Notes: a model not told the origin generated them from the letters alone. A stretch of DNA of 64,000 nucleotides from Flavobacteriales bacterium (GCA_017303755.1 JAFLBS010000007.1:92470-156469); one strand, 5' to 3'; positions 35,366 to 46,812 are shown, counted from the stretch's first letter. Program-made: numbers and translations.

Positions 35366-36214
35366 TTAGAGCAAGTCGTCTGTGTTTTCCATTCTCTTCA
35401 CTAGTTTTTCTTTTAATGAGTTGAGAAATTTTGTTTGGTCTGATTTTCGCATTCTAATCTCAAGGAAAGCCCTGTGGTACTGCCCTAAGTCGATATCAAA
35501 CACTGCTTCTAAGTACTCGGCTACATCTTTCAAATCTGATGCTCCATTGTTGAACACACCTTCGGTATGCAATGCATACAAAAGCTCTATTAATGCGACT
35601 TTAGAGCCAGTCCAAGTTTGCTTCACCTTCGGATTGACTTGTGATTTTTCTTTTGGGTCTTTATTATCCATAATTAGTAATTTATCTTCAAGATAAACTT
35701 GGATTAAATCGTGCGCCAAAATCTTCGCCACTTTAAAATCATGCGAGGTAGAAAAAGTATGATCCGCTTCAAAGTAAAAACTATCTAAAGCTAATTTTAC
35801 ATCGAACTTGCCTCGTACAAAATATTTATGATCTAAATAGCTGCTTCCGGTTCTATAGTATCTGTAGAAGTCTAAATTGCTATCAAAGTATCGTTTAAGT
35901 TTATCTAGTTCGTTATTAAGATATTTTTTAAGAATTCGTTCTCCGCCATGTGGCTTCTTTGTTTCAATTTTAAATATTGCATTGTAATAAATTAGTTTAG
36001 AAGTAAATTTGGGTTTTACAATTTTAAAGAAATCAATTTCTTGGTCTTGGGATTTATTTTTTTCTTTTTCAAATAAAATTTTTAGTTTTTGAAGTGATTT
36101 CAAAATAATATCAATAGCACTTTCACAACGCTTGATTGGGTCGTCAATTTCTAAATCTGTGAAATTTAGTTGCTCGTTTAGTTCTGATAGGAGTAGGTTT
36201 GTTTTGGGATTCAA
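35366..36214 (-). CDS. rteC: RteC-family regulator
   Basis: EIDFFKIVKPKFTSKLIYYN, WTGSKVALIELLYAL, FLEIRMRK..TKFL. Confidence 0.9.
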   Translation of the reverse strand: MNPKTNLLLSELNEQLNFTDLEIDDPIKRCESAIDIILKSLQKLKILFEKEKNKSQDQEIDFFKIVKPKFTSKLIYYNAIFKIETKKPHGGERILKKYLNNELDKLKRYFDSNLDFYRYYRTGSSYLDHKYFVRGKFDVKLALDSFYFEADHTFSTSHDFKVAKILAHDLIQVYLEDKLLIMDNKDPKEKSQVNPKVKQTWTGSKVALIELLYALHTEGVFNNGASDLKDVAEYLEAVFDIDLGQYHRAFLEIRMRKSDQTKFLNSLKEKLVKRMENTDDLL

Positions 36215-36275
36215 AGTTTATTAGGGGATTAATTTCAATTATCTTATTTCAGTTTGTTGAATCGCTATTTAAACT

Positions 36276-37160
36276 TTATTCCTTTAATCCTTTTATAAAC
36301 TCATAGTAATATTTAATCACGTTATCTATGTCTTCTAATTGTGGCCAGTGACCAATATATTTTTCTAAAAGATAAACATTGGGATTAGGTATCAATTCTT
36401 TATACCTATTGGCCATGTGAATGCCTGAATTTGGGTCGAATGGGCCACAAATATAACACATTGGTATAGATGTAGTTTGCATGGCATGTACCCATCTACT
36501 AAGGTAGTTGTACTTATCAAAAACTAGTCTGCCGATAAGATATGCTATTTCTTTTCCATTATTAAAATTCAAAATTTCCCATTGCTGGTCTAGAAATGCT
36601 TCAGATGGCTGTGTAAATGGTCCAAAAACAGATTTAACAGATTTATTGACCATAGATTTAGACATTACTTTGCTTAAGGTTTTTCCAATTAAAGTTGGTG
36701 ATTTTGACAATAATTTTTGAATTAATCTAGGCTTGTAAACATCAATAAATAAACTTCCATTCATGAAAGCAGTTGATTTAATTTTGAAATTATTTTTACT
36801 TTCAGCATTTCTTGCTATCAATTCTTGTGCAACACTTACACCTAAATCATGAGAAAAAATATGTGTTTCTTGTATATTTAGATTTAGCAATAATGCATTA
36901 ACTATATCACAATATTCTTCGAATGAGTATTTGTGATTTCGTGGTTTATCTGAAAACCCCATGCCTAACAAGTCGAAAAAGGTGACTTTAAAAGTTTTAG
37001 AAAGTTCAGCAATTGTTTCTTTCCATTCAAAACTGTTGTATGGATAACCGTGAATAATTAAAAGATTGTCGCCTTCTCCATCTTGACCATAAAAAATATT
37101 GTTGTCTTTAAATCTTAAATATTTTCCATTTGATTTCCAATTTTCTAATTCTTTGTTCAT
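36276..37160 (-). CDS. Alpha/beta hydrolase (epoxide hydrolase/MEST-like)
   Basis: IHGYP, FDLLGMGFSDKP, SHDLG, GHWPQLE. Confidence 0.9.
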   Translation of the reverse strand: MNKELENWKSNGKYLRFKDNNIFYGQDGEGDNLLIIHGYPYNSFEWKETIAELSKTFKVTFFDLLGMGFSDKPRNHKYSFEEYCDIVNALLLNLNIQETHIFSHDLGVSVAQELIARNAESKNNFKIKSTAFMNGSLFIDVYKPRLIQKLLSKSPTLIGKTLSKVMSKSMVNKSVKSVFGPFTQPSEAFLDQQWEILNFNNGKEIAYLIGRLVFDKYNYLSRWVHAMQTTSIPMCYICGPFDPNSGIHMANRYKELIPNPNVYLLEKYIGHWPQLEDIDNVIKYYYEFIKGLKE

Positions 37161-37431
37161 AATTTTATTTTAATAATTTCGTTTTAATTTCTTTTTAGGT
37201 ATCATATACTCTGTTTTCTTGCCATTCAAAATCGCTAATTTGATGTTCTTCTTTCTTTTGCGCGCATTATTAAAAGTTATAAACAAATTCCTATTTCACC
37301 AATGCTTGCAGGTAATTGTATATAGGATGCAATACCTATTTTTGAATAATTTGAGATAAGCGTGTTTCCAATAAAATTGATTTTTTACTGGATAAATTTC
37401 TGAAAAGACAAGTTTAGTTTTGCTTAATACT

Positions 37432-38349
37432 TTATTTTACAAATCCATTTTCGTTGAGCCAGTCAATACACCAAGAGAACCATTTATCACCTCTTGTATC
37501 ATGCTCTAATGCAAAGCCATGTCCTCCATTTTGAAGAATATGAAATTCGGATTTTACCTTTGCATTTTGTAATGCTTCATAAAATAGTTTGCTATGTTGC
37601 ACAGAAACTCTTGTATCATCGCCAGCATGAAGCAGAAATGTTGGTGGCGTATTGGTAGTTACGTGTTTTTCATTACTAAAAAAGCTTAATAATTCTTCAG
37701 ATGGAGTTGCGCCAAGTAGCTTTGTTATTGTTGCAGTTACCTTGGCTTCTGTAAAACTAATTACAGGATATACTAATACCATAAAATCGGGGCGAAGGTT
37801 TATATTTTCCTTATTTTCAATTAAAACTGTGTCAAGATGTGTAGCTTCAGTTGTTGCTAGATGACCACCTGCTGAAAGCCCTACAAAACCAATTTTATTA
37901 GCATCAATATTATAGGCTTTTGCATTCATGCGGACTAATTTAATAGCCATTTGCGCATCTTGTAATGGACCAATAGATTTATCCTGCATTATTTCATCAC
38001 TAGGTAATCGATATTTTAAAACAAATGCTGTTATTCCTTGGCTTGTAAATGCCTTAGCAATATCTTCACCTTCATCAACTACAACTCTGTAGCCTCCACT
38101 TGGAAAGATTATTACAGCTGTACCGTTTTCAGTTCCTTTTTTTGGAGTAAATACAGTCAATGTAGGCACGCTAATTTTAATAAACAAGCCGTTTTCATCC
38201 CTAATCTCTATATAATCTTCGGGTATTTTTTTTGAATTTGTGATTTCATCTCTGTATAGTGGGATTACTTTTTCCTGAGCATAAAATTTGATTTGGAAAA
38301 TAAAAATAAGTGTTGCTGTAATTAGTAATGTGTTTGTTTTCATAGTCAT
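37432..38349 (-). CDS. Secreted alpha/beta hydrolase (esterase, BD-FAE-like)
   Basis: Signal peptide, GLSAGG, DTRV, GGHGF. Confidence 0.9.
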   Translation of the reverse strand: MTMKTNTLLITATLIFIFQIKFYAQEKVIPLYRDEITNSKKIPEDYIEIRDENGLFIKISVPTLTVFTPKKGTENGTAVIIFPSGGYRVVVDEGEDIAKAFTSQGITAFVLKYRLPSDEIMQDKSIGPLQDAQMAIKLVRMNAKAYNIDANKIGFVGLSAGGHLATTEATHLDTVLIENKENINLRPDFMVLVYPVISFTEAKVTATITKLLGATPSEELLSFFSNEKHVTTNTPPTFLLHAGDDTRVSVQHSKLFYEALQNAKVKSEFHILQNGGHGFALEHDTRGDKWFSWCIDWLNENGFVK

Positions 38350-38358
38350 TTTTTTAAT

Positions 38359-39702
38359 TTATTTAACCTTATCTCCAATCTTATTCGAAAGGCCTTGTTT
38401 TATAATTATTTTCCTTGTATTTCCATCGTCATCTTTCACGAAAACTATTTCGGTATCGTCATCTTTCATAAAAAAAGTATTTTCATTTTTAGCATAAATT
38501 TCAATTTTAGCATCATCATTTACTTTATAAAATAAATGTTTTTCCTCTCTTAAAACTTGGACTTGGTAGTTTGATGACACATCATAGGTGCCAGTTAATT
38601 TTTGAATTGTTAATTCATCTAATAACATGGCTTTAGGAGGTCTAGGTGTATTGTATGGTTTGTTTAATAATATAGAAATTATAGTATTGCCAATATTTTC
38701 CAACTTTGTATTTGTGATGTTATTTAACAAAATTATCGTTATTTTATTTTCAGGAACTTGAACAAAGTAACTTGTAAAACCGTCTAAATTACCTCCATGG
38801 GAAATTACTTTTTTATCATAAAAAGTATCTAAAAACCATCCATAACCGTATTCTTTTGTGAAAGGTTGATAGGCATTAGTTATAGTTGATTTATTTAGAA
38901 ACTTATTTTTTGATAGAACTAATTGCCATTTGTTCAAATCATTAATAGTACTGAATATTGATCCTGAAGAATAAAGATAACTTGAGTCCCACATTACAGC
39001 TTTTGTGCTTTTTAATTTTGATAAATGCGAATAACCAACAGCCTTATTCTCATTTGATAATTTAACAAAGTCATAGCCACTATTTTTCATGTTAAATGGT
39101 TTGAAAATCCACTTGTGTAAAATTTCTCCATATGTTGAACCTGTTATTTTTTCAATAATTAATCCAAGTAGTATGTAGCCTGAATTGCTGTACATGAATT
39201 TTGTTCCTGGTTCAAATGAAAGTGGTTTCTCTATAAAATATGATAACAGATTATAACTATTTGTTTTAGTTTCTAAGTTATTTTTATAAAATTCAGGGTT
39301 GTCTAAAATTTCATAAACTCCTGAAGTATGGGTTAAAAGATTTTCGATTGTAATTTTATCTCCATTTGGATAATTTGGGAAAAACTGATTTAATTTATCT
39401 TGAAGGGACAATTGATTATTTTCAATAAGTTTTAAAACTATAGCAGAGGTAAAAGTTTTTGTCAACGAACCAATCATAAAAACACTTTCGTCATTAATCT
39501 TATTCTTTGAAGTCACATCTGATAGGCCATAAGATTTTTTAAAAATAATTTTGTTATTCATTTTAATTAATGCACTTCCATTAAATTTATTGATTCTTGC
39601 ATATGCAGTTATCAAAGAGTCTATTTTAACTTCATTACTTTGGGTAAAAGCTTGATAAAAGAAAAGTAGAGCGAGAATATTAAATAAAGCTGTTTTTTTC
39701 AT
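38359..39702 (-). CDS. Serine hydrolase, beta-lactamase class C/PBP-like family
   Basis: SLTK (SxxK), YSN, HGG, small C-terminal domain, signal peptide. Confidence 0.9.
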   Translation of the reverse strand: MKKTALFNILALLFFYQAFTQSNEVKIDSLITAYARINKFNGSALIKMNNKIIFKKSYGLSDVTSKNKINDESVFMIGSLTKTFTSAIVLKLIENNQLSLQDKLNQFFPNYPNGDKITIENLLTHTSGVYEILDNPEFYKNNLETKTNSYNLLSYFIEKPLSFEPGTKFMYSNSGYILLGLIIEKITGSTYGEILHKWIFKPFNMKNSGYDFVKLSNENKAVGYSHLSKLKSTKAVMWDSSYLYSSGSIFSTINDLNKWQLVLSKNKFLNKSTITNAYQPFTKEYGYGWFLDTFYDKKVISHGGNLDGFTSYFVQVPENKITIILLNNITNTKLENIGNTIISILLNKPYNTPRPPKAMLLDELTIQKLTGTYDVSSNYQVQVLREEKHLFYKVNDDAKIEIYAKNENTFFMKDDDTEIVFVKDDDGNTRKIIIKQGLSNKIGDKVK

Positions 39703-39796
39703 ATTTGCTTGAAATTTTATATTTATTTTCCCAGTTGAAGTAATGATTCAATTTGTTATATCTTTATATAAAATTTAGTTAAGACAAAAGAAGTTA

Positions 39797-40753
39797 CTAT
39801 TTTCTCTTAAGTGCATTTAGTAATAATCTTTTAAAAGTATTTTGTTGATCGATCCAACAATTATGCCCAGCATTTTCTATAATTTTCAATTCAATATTTT
39901 TAAAGTCTTGTATTTGTTTTGATATAACAGTTCCATCAAAATCAAAAAAATCATATTCACCATTAATTATTGTAGTTTTCACCTTTGAATTTAGCACTTC
40001 TCTATAATCAAATTTCCAATTTACGGTTTCTGTCATTATCGAACAACTTTCATTATAATAAGCCCTTCCTCCTTTTAATTGATTATATTTTTTGACATTG
40101 AATAAATTTGGTGCTGCAAAATTAATACGCCAATAATTGGTTAAGTCTTTATGCGATAAAACAGAATTGTCAATATCTTCAATTGTTTTTAGGTATTCAA
40201 GCCCTTTATCCTTGAATGGTTTTATTAACTCTACAACATCTTTTCGGTTAATTAAAAAATCAATTTGACTTTCGTATCTTTCAGAAAATATACTTTTTAA
40301 ACTATCTGATTTTGGTAGAATAGTTCCCGATAGAATTAGATGAGAAACTAACTGTGGATATTGCTTAGTGAATTCCATTCCGACTAATGTTCCCATGGAG
40401 TGACAGAATAACTTTGCTTTTTTTAATTTTAAAGCTGAAATAAGAGCCTTTAAATCAGCAACATTTTTTTGAAAAGTTAAGTTTTCTTTTTTAGTAGGAG
40501 ATAATAGCGAACCCCTTTGGTCGTACAAAAAAATCCGGTATTTTTCCTCTAGACCTTTTACTGCATCTATCATGTAATCATGATTGGCTCCAAACCCACC
40601 ATGAAGGACAATTAAGGTATCTTTTCCAGTTCCAATCTCTTTTACAAAAATTTGAACATCTTCTCTTTGTAAATACCATTCAGAATAGTTTTTATCTTGT
40701 GAGAATAAGAATTGGTAGAGCAAAAAAAATATTAAGTTAATCGACTTTTTCAT
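39797..40753 (-). CDS. Alpha/beta hydrolase (proline iminopeptidase-like)
   Basis: LHGGFG, YDQRG, HSMG, AGHNCW. Confidence 0.88.
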   Translation of the reverse strand: MKKSINLIFFLLYQFLFSQDKNYSEWYLQREDVQIFVKEIGTGKDTLIVLHGGFGANHDYMIDAVKGLEEKYRIFLYDQRGSLLSPTKKENLTFQKNVADLKALISALKLKKAKLFCHSMGTLVGMEFTKQYPQLVSHLILSGTILPKSDSLKSIFSERYESQIDFLINRKDVVELIKPFKDKGLEYLKTIEDIDNSVLSHKDLTNYWRINFAAPNLFNVKKYNQLKGGRAYYNESCSIMTETVNWKFDYREVLNSKVKTTIINGEYDFFDFDGTVISKQIQDFKNIELKIIENAGHNCWIDQQNTFKRLLLNALKRK

Positions 40754-40879
40754 TTATTTATAAAATTTGTTTAAGATTCTTCATCAATATTTAAAATAAT
40801 TTCAGGATTAATTTAATATGGATTTTACTATTAATAATTAAGTTTATTTATTTTTTTACTTTTAAGTATTTACTTTAAA

Positions 40880-41116
40880 TTAATTTATAAAATTTTTATT
40901 TAGAATTTTTTTTAATCCTTTATTCTCTTTTGCCGAATCAACTATTTCTCCTAAGATATTATCAAAATTTGGAGCTTCAGTACTTAGCTTCAATGGTAGA
41001 TTATGGATTAAGTTGGCAATTTCAAATGTTTTTTTGTTACCTGAAATACAAGCATCATTTCTTATTTCTAGTAAGGATATGTAGAGCAGACGATAAAGTT
41101 TTTCCTTTGAACTCAT
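40880..41116 (-). CDS. Small hypothetical helical protein (78 aa)
   Basis: In-operon ORF with normal spacing. No family recognised. Confidence 0.55.
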   Translation of the reverse strand: MSSKEKLYRLLYISLLEIRNDACISGNKKTFEIANLIHNLPLKLSTEAPNFDNILGEIVDSAKENKGLKKILNKNFIN

Positions 41117-41125
41117 TTTTATAAT

Positions 41126-41572
41126 TTACGGAAAGACGTAAGCTAAAGTTTGAAAGCTGATTATACCGTTTGCATCTGCGGTTTTTGTGCTTGATGCTAC
41201 TACTGAATTTCCATTATAAATTCTTAATGTAGCCGTTTGTCCAGCTATACCAGGATTTCCTAAAATAGTATTGCCACCGATTCCAATACCAATAACATTA
41301 TTGGGATACTCAACTGTTTTACTCCAAGGTAGAGTAGTAACAGTAACTGTTGTGTTACCAGATACATTATCATTATATACGACAGTAAATTGTCCAGTAT
41401 AATTACCAGTAATTTCAAATTTGGCAGATTTAATTGGTGCTGGTGAAGGAATAGTATTATCGTCATCATTGTTACTACAAGATGTTATTATTGCTATAAC
41501 TATAATTGTAATAATTGTACTTATTAATTTTTCTGTTTTCATATTTTGATTTTTTTTTAAAGTTATTATCAT
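41126..41572 (-). CDS. Lipoprotein with a beta-sandwich domain
   Basis: Lipobox ITSC followed by SNNDDD. Beta-rich. Confidence 0.75.
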   Translation of the reverse strand: MIITLKKNQNMKTEKLISTIITIIVIAIITSCSNNDDDNTIPSPAPIKSAKFEITGNYTGQFTVVYNDNVSGNTTVTVTTLPWSKTVEYPNNVIGIGIGGNTILGNPGIAGQTATLRIYNGNSVVASSTKTADANGIISFQTLAYVFP

Positions 41573-42360
41573 TATTGCTTTATTTTAAAACAATATATAT
41601 ATCCTTTTTTCATAGCTACTTTTTCTTCGCACTTCATCATTTCGTTTTTCTCTTTTGTTAGCCAATATATGGCACTATTTTTTTCATCATAATTAATCTT
41701 CAAGAGCCAACAAGCCAATTTTTTTGAGCCAGATATTTCTAAAGAATCTTCCCCAATAACTTCGTATCTTTGGTATTTAGGTTGCGATTGGTTGACATCA
41801 AAAAAAGAAATTTCAAAGATTTGTCCAACTTTTTTAATAGGTAATAGAGAATATGTTTCAATATCTAATTCCCAATTAAGAACTGGAATGTTCATCTTTA
41901 ATTTAAAATCATCACTAACCGAATTGTTTATTTCATTTTTATCTTTAATCATAAAGCCATTCTCAAACTTATAGGCTTTTATCTCTGAGTTATTCGGAGT
42001 TTTATTAATAGAGAAGTGGCTAATAGGTGCTAATGTTTTACCGTCGCAACGGTTGGAAGTTTGCTTAATGATTTCATCATTTGAAATCCATTTCCAATCG
42101 AATTTAAAACTATCATTATTTTGGTATTTTTCTTTTTTTATAGACCTTTCCCAAATATTGTCGGCTCCCATTTTTTTTGTTTTAGTAGAATCTGTAAAGT
42201 AGACCAAATACGTATTATTAGCATCTTTTAATAAACTTGTATCTAATTTGTAGTTTTGGCTATTGATTGTGTCAATATTAATCTGCGCAATAGTTGCTTG
42301 TACACAAATTAGCAGCAGTAAAAAGTAGATTACTTTATTCAATAATTTTTTAGTTTTCAT
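41572..42360 (-). CDS. Secreted DUF3108-like protein
   Basis: Signal peptide, beta-meander, LLPIKKVG..FEISFFD motif shared with the next gene. Confidence 0.6.
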   Translation of the reverse strand: MKTKKLLNKVIYFLLLLICVQATIAQINIDTINSQNYKLDTSLLKDANNTYLVYFTDSTKTKKMGADNIWERSIKKEKYQNNDSFKFDWKWISNDEIIKQTSNRCDGKTLAPISHFSINKTPNNSEIKAYKFENGFMIKDKNEINNSVSDDFKLKMNIPVLNWELDIETYSLLPIKKVGQIFEISFFDVNQSQPKYQRYEVIGEDSLEISGSKKLACWLLKINYDEKNSAIYWLTKEKNEMMKCEEKVAMKKGYIYCFKIKQ

Positions 42361-42364
42361 CTTT

Positions 42365-43654
42365 TCATCTTTTTTTTAATTTGATTTCTATTGTTTCTCC
42401 ATCTTTTTTAATATTTACAATTTCTTGAGCATAACCATATTGGGATTGCGAATAATCTATTCTAGAAATGTTATCTATACTTCCTTGATACTGTCCACCC
42501 AAGAAAACGTCTGTTTCTCCAGTTTTCACATATTTTTTTTTGTTTTCCCAAAATTCGAATTGTGTAAAAAGAAAGTATTTACCAGGCATTAAATTTGTAA
42601 ACTCAAAGTGCCCTTGATCGTCATAAATATTAGTTACTAAAATACATTCTAATGCTTCTTTTGGCATATTATATTTTCTCCCAACTTTTTTGAGTTGTTT
42701 ATTAACTTCGAAATACTCTTTTGTCCAATTTGTATAAGGAATTAGTATAACAGAGGTTCCTTTTTTTGCTACTTGTTTTGGATTCCAATTTACAACAGTT
42801 GCCCAGCTATCAAGATTTTTATTAGCTCTTCCAAACACTTGACCAGTTATTGATGATTTACCCTCTGAAATTAATTTAAAGGTTGACGCTTTATCGAATT
42901 TTTCTTTTAAAGGATTATAATCAGATTCTTTATCAATAAGCGACATTAATTGTCCTTCTTTTGAAACTATATTAATTTGCCACAATCTTCGGCTCTCTTT
43001 ATCTATAAAATAGTTAAAGTTATGACCTGTGCTTTCTTCATAAATTGCGACATTCCATACATTATGGTTGCCTGTAAGTGCTGAAACGTAGGTGTCACTT
43101 TTTACTTCTTTCACCAACACATTATAAATTTTAGATTGGTCAGATGCTTCATAATCATAGACAGGGATTATTGCTTTGTATCCTAATCTTAAAGGTAGCG
43201 ACCTTAAAACTTGTGGATAAAAATTGATGTCAAAATACTTTTCTTTTATTGATTCGTTTATTTGTTTTTTTTCGTTGTTGCTCTTATTAATTATTTCTCC
43301 ATTGATTTTATTTGAAAAGTTTAAAATAAAATATCGGTTATCTCGGTCAGATGAATAACTTATGGGTTCGTAGTTGTATGCTTTTACTGTACAAATGTCT
43401 TTCCATTGTTTTTCAGAATCATTAAAAAATAAAGTAGAATTTACAATCATTTTTTCATTATTGAAATTAATTTCAATTTCGTATGTGCCAATTTCTTTTA
43501 CTTGGTTGTTTTGATTTACCAAAAAACTCATTGTAGTCAAACTTGGCTTCAAATAAGATTTGTTTATAGATAAATGACCTGGAAGTATTGTTTCTTGTCC
43601 GAAAACTATAATTACTGCAAGCTGAAAAATGATATTAAATATTATTTTTTTCAT
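42365..43654 (-). CDS. Secreted DUF3108-like protein with a C-terminal transthyretin/carboxypeptidase-regulatory-like domain
   Basis: LRSLPLRLGYKAIIPVYDY, C-terminal GHFEFTNLMPGKYFL. Confidence 0.65.
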   Translation of the reverse strand: MKKIIFNIIFQLAVIIVFGQETILPGHLSINKSYLKPSLTTMSFLVNQNNQVKEIGTYEIEINFNNEKMIVNSTLFFNDSEKQWKDICTVKAYNYEPISYSSDRDNRYFILNFSNKINGEIINKSNNEKKQINESIKEKYFDINFYPQVLRSLPLRLGYKAIIPVYDYEASDQSKIYNVLVKEVKSDTYVSALTGNHNVWNVAIYEESTGHNFNYFIDKESRRLWQINIVSKEGQLMSLIDKESDYNPLKEKFDKASTFKLISEGKSSITGQVFGRANKNLDSWATVVNWNPKQVAKKGTSVILIPYTNWTKEYFEVNKQLKKVGRKYNMPKEALECILVTNIYDDQGHFEFTNLMPGKYFLFTQFEFWENKKKYVKTGETDVFLGGQYQGSIDNISRIDYSQSQYGYAQEIVNIKKDGETIEIKLKKR

Positions 43655-43671
43655 AATTGAAAGTTCTATGT

Positions 43672-45189
43672 TTAATTACTTTTTAAAAACCTTCTATAAA
43701 AGATTTCTTCAGATTCATTTATCACTTTGATTATATAAAGACCTTCCTGTAAACTTGAAACATCAATTAAGGTTTCAGAAACTCTAACTATTGCTACTTT
43801 TTTCCCTGAAATATCAAAAGCTAAAATTTCCTTAATAGTTTCTGAAGTATCAATATTGATTATGTCATGAGCTGGATTTGGTGAAATACTTATTTTAAAA
43901 GGGTCTTTAATATCAATAATGCTCAAATCACAATCTGGATTATTCAGCCATCCGTCAACTAACACTTGAGGAGACCTTTCAGTGCATCCATTGATTGTTG
44001 TTTGCACACTATACTCGCCAGACGATACAACTAACGATTGATTTGTTGCACCAGCTATTGGGCTTCCAAAATAGTCCAGCCATTGGTAACTGTCAGCAAG
44101 TTGTGTCTCGATTGTAGCCGTTTCATTGGGGCAAAGAATTAAATTATTTGGAAAAACAGTATTGGTATGGGAGCAAAAATTTACAGTTTTCTCCATAATC
44201 GATTCAAGGTTTTGATACAGAAAGCATTTGTAAGCAGTCAACTTTATAGTATAGCTTCCATCTGCTGCATAACTATGGGTTGGATTGTTCTCTGTAGAAG
44301 TTGTTCCATCTCCAAAATCCCAAAGAACTGAGTCTTGAAAATCAGTTGTATTACTACTGCTAAGGATGACTTCGTTAGTACCATTCCCAATTATATGATT
44401 GAAATCTGCGTTTGGCACATATTTTCCAATATACCAAGTTAGCATTTGATCAAATACTATCGATTTTGTTGCATTTCTGATTATTGTAGCTGTTGTGACA
44501 TCTAGGCCATAATTATTTGATATTAGAGTAGGATCTTTTCTGAATATTGAAGTATAAAAGCAGCAGGCTGCTAGATAAGAACCCGCAAGCGATGGATGAC
44601 TGCCATCTGACTGATAAAGATTGATAGTTGGATAATTTTCTCTTATATATTTCCATACAACACCAACAGGAGTTACTTCTGACTCAAAAAGATTTGAAAA
44701 TTCCATATATCTTTCTGTTAAAAGGTTTTGCATGCCACTATAGGTGCATACTGTTGGGTTTGTTGCACAGTTTTGGGTATCGCCATTCTCATGACCCCAA
44801 GTCATGAAGGAAGTTATTTGAGCACAAGGTTTATTTTGACTTATAAATGTGTTCAAGTTTGAAAAACCATCCATAAATGCAAATGGAACAATAAATGTAG
44901 GCGTTTGACTTTGCTCTTGTAAAACAATGTAATCCCAATCATCGGATAAGATTTTATTTTGTGAAATACTGCTTGTAGAATGATTCAGCAATGTGGAACC
45001 TCCCAGCGCGTTACTATCATAAATCAATACATCACCAGTACTAATTGCTAGTTGAGAAATTATTTGAGGTAAATCATTAACATAGGTATAGCTATTTCCG
45101 AGGAACAAAACTTTTCTTGATTGTTGGGAAAATGCGATGAATGAAAATGCAAATAATGCAAATACAATTATAAATCTAATTTTTTTCAT
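43672..45189 (-). CDS. T9SS-secreted SGNH-like hydrolase with a PKD domain
   Basis: FLGNSYT, DGSHP, WDFGDG (PKD), CTD ISPNPAHD...YIIKV. Confidence 0.88.
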   Translation of the reverse strand: MKKIRFIIVFALFAFSFIAFSQQSRKVLFLGNSYTYVNDLPQIISQLAISTGDVLIYDSNALGGSTLLNHSTSSISQNKILSDDWDYIVLQEQSQTPTFIVPFAFMDGFSNLNTFISQNKPCAQITSFMTWGHENGDTQNCATNPTVCTYSGMQNLLTERYMEFSNLFESEVTPVGVVWKYIRENYPTINLYQSDGSHPSLAGSYLAACCFYTSIFRKDPTLISNNYGLDVTTATIIRNATKSIVFDQMLTWYIGKYVPNADFNHIIGNGTNEVILSSSNTTDFQDSVLWDFGDGTTSTENNPTHSYAADGSYTIKLTAYKCFLYQNLESIMEKTVNFCSHTNTVFPNNLILCPNETATIETQLADSYQWLDYFGSPIAGATNQSLVVSSGEYSVQTTINGCTERSPQVLVDGWLNNPDCDLSIIDIKDPFKISISPNPAHDIINIDTSETIKEILAFDISGKKVAIVRVSETLIDVSSLQEGLYIIKVINESEEIFYRRFLKSN

Positions 45190-45198
45190 GTGTACTTC

Positions 45199-46683
45199 TT
45201 AATTTTTTATAAATTTTGAAGAATAAGTTTCATTTTCTCCAACAATACTTATTGTATATAATCCCTGTGATAAACTTGAAATGTCTATTGAATTAATAGA
45301 GCTACTTACAATTGTTACCTTTTTACCTGACATATCAAAGACTATAATTTCCTTAATAGTTTCCGAAGTATTAACAGTAATTATGTTTTGAGCTGGATTT
45401 GGGTGGATTATGTACTTCGGATTTTGAAAATTACCAAGACTTAGTGTTGGGTTTTGAACACAAATGCCAAAATTTGTAGTTGATAAATTACCTAATGCAT
45501 TTAATACCCGAACAATATACGTTTGCCCTACAATAAAATTATTATTTGTGTAAAATTCGCCAAAGGAGATAGGGTTATTATTTATGCAAACTAAACTATT
45601 ATCAGCGCAACTACTTTGAAAAATCTCAAAAGCAAGATTTGCATTGCTATTGGGTTGAAGTGTTACACTCATAGTTGCATCTGTAGCAATAAAACTATAC
45701 CATAAATCTTGTAAAGAATTAAATGCACAACTTGGAGCAGTTGTTGAAATGCTTGAACCACTAAAAGTACCCGGAATATAGCTACAAGTGGTTGTTGGTG
45801 TTAGAACAGCTGCATTATTGCATACATCATTTGTAGGTGTAAAATAGCTTTGAATACAAACATTAAAACTGGCAATTGATAAACCGCTTGAAGTATTTAT
45901 AACTCGGACATAATATGTTTGACCAACTACAAAATTATTGTTGATATACGTTTCACCAAATGAAATTCCGTTATTATTCATACAAACTACACTACTTCCA
46001 GAACAACTCGCTTGGAAAACCTCAAAAGCATGATTTACATTCGAATTAGCCTGTAAAGCAATACTCATTGTTGAATCAGTTGCGACAAAACGATACCAAA
46101 CATCTTGTGAAGAACTAGAGGCACAACTTGGAGGAGGTGTTGAAATACTAGAACCACTAAAAGTGCCAGAGATATAGTTGCATGTTGTTGTAGATTGTAT
46201 AGAAATTGCATTTGTGCATAAATCGTTTGCTGGCGTAGGATAGTTTTGAATGCAAATACCAAAATTAGCAGTAGATAAATTACCAGATGCGTTTAAAACT
46301 CGCACATAATATGTTTGGCCTACAATAAAATTATTATTGATATATGTTTCACCAAAAGAAATACCGTTATTGTTTACACAGACTAAACTGTTACTAGTAC
46401 AGCTACCTTGAAAAACTTCAAATGCATGATTTACATTACTGTTTGCTTGTAATGTAATTTGTATTGTCTGTTCAGTAGCTACAAAACTGTACCAAACGTC
46501 TTGAGAAGCATTAGGAGTACAGCTTGGAGGAGCCGTTGAAATACTTGAACCATTAAAGCTACCAGTCACATAATTACAGTTATTAGATGGAGAAAGAGCA
46601 ATTGCATTATCACACAAATCATTTTGGGCGTGCAAACATAAAAAATTGAGTATGCAGAAAATTAGTAGGAAGTTTTTTTTCAT
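45199..46683 (-). CDS. T9SS-secreted protein with three ~130-aa Cys-containing repeats
   Basis: ND(L/V)CxNA...GxFxGSSIST..PSC...DVWY three times, CTD HPNPAQN. Confidence 0.9.
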   Translation of the reverse strand: MKKNFLLIFCILNFLCLHAQNDLCDNAIALSPSNNCNYVTGSFNGSSISTAPPSCTPNASQDVWYSFVATEQTIQITLQANSNVNHAFEVFQGSCTSNSLVCVNNNGISFGETYINNNFIVGQTYYVRVLNASGNLSTANFGICIQNYPTPANDLCTNAISIQSTTTCNYISGTFSGSSISTPPPSCASSSSQDVWYRFVATDSTMSIALQANSNVNHAFEVFQASCSGSSVVCMNNNGISFGETYINNNFVVGQTYYVRVINTSSGLSIASFNVCIQSYFTPTNDVCNNAAVLTPTTTCSYIPGTFSGSSISTTAPSCAFNSLQDLWYSFIATDATMSVTLQPNSNANLAFEIFQSSCADNSLVCINNNPISFGEFYTNNNFIVGQTYIVRVLNALGNLSTTNFGICVQNPTLSLGNFQNPKYIIHPNPAQNIITVNTSETIKEIIVFDMSGKKVTIVSSSINSIDISSLSQGLYTISIVGENETYSSKFIKN

Positions 46684-46812
46684 TGTTTACTATTTAAATT
46701 ATATTTAACATTTTCATTTTATTGAAAACCGTTGAATTACTCTGCAAAAATTACTTTTACTTCTATTTTCAACAAACCAAACCTAGCATTTGTTCAACGG
46801 TTATTTTTTGAA